Positions 62,313-64,000 of a DNA stretch of 64,000 nt are shown piece after piece. A program made the translations under genes and the position numbers. Source of the DNA: Trichoplax sp. H2 (Eukaryota); contig NOWV01000030.1 in NCBI GenBank assembly GCA_003344405.1, positions 310,001-374,000 on the forward strand, written 5' to 3'. Numbering within the stretch: position 1 is the stretch's first letter; every line of letters begins with the position of its first letter. Below the pieces are notes generated by a model. That model ran no database searches. It saw only the letters and a program-made list of their open reading frames with translations, and had not been told where the DNA came from.

Positions 62313-64000
62313 ATGAGTGAGATAGTGAAAAATAGGGAGCAGCTATACAAGTTAATCATAAGGTAACAGGCTACAAGTCATCGATACTTGCAATATGCAA
62401 GTATACAGTAAAACCTAATATAGACTTGATGTACAATAGCCGTAAATGATAGTCATCAGCTTCAAGCTATACCTATTTAGGTGCTTTTCATCACCCTTGA
62501 GATGGTTTATAATGTGCAGACAACTCTACCATACTAGTCTACAATGCTGTTTACAGACAGACGTATTGTGCCTATTACCTACATTTCAGATAATTGTTGT
62601 TGCTATTTCATAGTCAGCTGCGCTACGATGGATATGAAGATATCGCAGCACTTGTTGGTAATACCGTTAATACACTGGAAACTTGTGCCCCATCTTCTAA
62701 ATTATTCAACATTGTCTCCAGATCTCTAAGTAGTGAATCACAAGGTACAGTACTATCTATGGATGATCAATCAATTTCTTATGCAGGATGCTAAATTACG
62801 ACGGTCATGTTGTACTGTGGATTGAGAAAGACTCATCCAATTTTTCTCATAATTATTGAAATACAATCTTATCCTAGTTATTGTACAAGTATTAGTATAC
62901 TTGAACAATGTACGTACTCCAAACTGGTCGTCATTCATCACTGCCAATATTGTATACTGTATACTGTAGCTGATCATTTTGCTAACCTTCGTACAAATAT
63001 TATATTAAAAATTAATTGAATTGCTAATCTTTTTAGGTCGCCTCGCTAATGTTGGAGAAGGAATTGATTTGGAATACGAAGGAGACGGTAGATTATATTA
63101 TAGTCAGTTTATTTAAAGTGATGTATCGCTTACGAATTAAGTACAATCGGCTAATGTAGTATCAAGACTTTCGTACCGCAGTTTTGAAGCTACCTTTGCA
63201 ACTAGTTTATTAGCTTGCTATGTTACCAGTTCATACAGCTAATGTTGATTGTTACAGTATTAGGCAGCATTGTTTGCTATCTTTTTTCAAAAGAGTTTTA
63301 GTTTCAACCTAAAAATGCAATCTTAAAAACAAAAAATGATTCATTAATAGTGATTAAAATAGCTCTTGCTTGGCTGATCAATCTTTAACGTGACTTTTTG
63401 CATTGGAAATCTTCCTAAATGTAGTCATCGTGAACTCACCTCCTGTGTTTATGTATGAAACCTGTTACGTAACTGCTCATAAAGCACCATGTCGGGTGGC
63501 ATGCTTCACCAAAGACGGTAAGTTAGCATTTCGTATATTGCTTCGGCTCTTATAGAATTTCTGGAGATCTAAATGCTAGCTTATGTTGTCGCTTAGATCG
63601 CCTGGTCGCAACAGGATCTGTCGATAACTCAATCAAGGTTAGAATTTACTAAATTTTCAAAGCTGTAGCTAATGCAACATTAACTGAGCTAAAGTTCAAT
63701 TTATATAATTTAGTTTCGTTGATATTGAAGTGATTAGGAATGATTGCCATCAAAAAGTAATTAATAAAGTTTTAACCTGCTACTATAAACAGATACTAGA
63801 CGTTGATCGTATGATCGCTAAGGGAATATCTGATATCCCATTGAATGAACCGCAGCCACAGTCTGGACAGCAAATGGAAAGCCATCCAGTTATTAGGACT
63901 TTATATGATCACTCAGAGGTTAATAGGCTATACTCTATACATGTAGCTTAACATAATCTTTACGAATTCACAATTTCTTTGTTTAGGCTGTTACTGCTTT
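62313..64000 (+). CDS. CSTF1: Cleavage stimulation factor 50 kDa subunit, 5' part (runs off the window)
   Basis: [24 protein letters not shown] (dimerisation domain), [56 protein letters not shown]. Confidence 0.95.

Overview
AT-rich, intron-dense animal genomic DNA with short GT-AG introns and one 20-N gap. It is most likely placozoan (Trichoplax), inferred from my recollection of the p53 N-terminus and the compact gene style, not from a search. Nine genes are supported: a p53/p63/p73-family gene (-), a WD40 protein with a PYM/eIF2A-like N-terminal helix and a CaaX end (+), CCDC150-like (-), an atypical ferritin (-), DNA ligase III (+), NUP188 (-), two intronless GT10 alpha-1,3-fucosyltransferases (+/-) and the 5' part of CSTF1 (+). 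Main observations: (1) an unannotated ~390-nt structured minus-strand RNA candidate with 7SK/Pol III-like architecture between p53 and the WD40 gene; (2) repeat-copy comparisons showing that the abundant TACAGTA/TACTGTA motif arises by 5-bp insertion at single TA sites, as Tc1/mariner excision footprints do, and piles up at promoters; (3) a ferritin whose ferroxidase centre is degenerate in an L-chain-like way; (4) LIG3 with an upstream mitochondrial-type presequence, a PBZ finger on its own symmetric exon and a U12 intron; (5) a p63-type SAM plus TID tail on the p53 homologue. Exon boundaries and RNA pairings were read by eye and are unverified.
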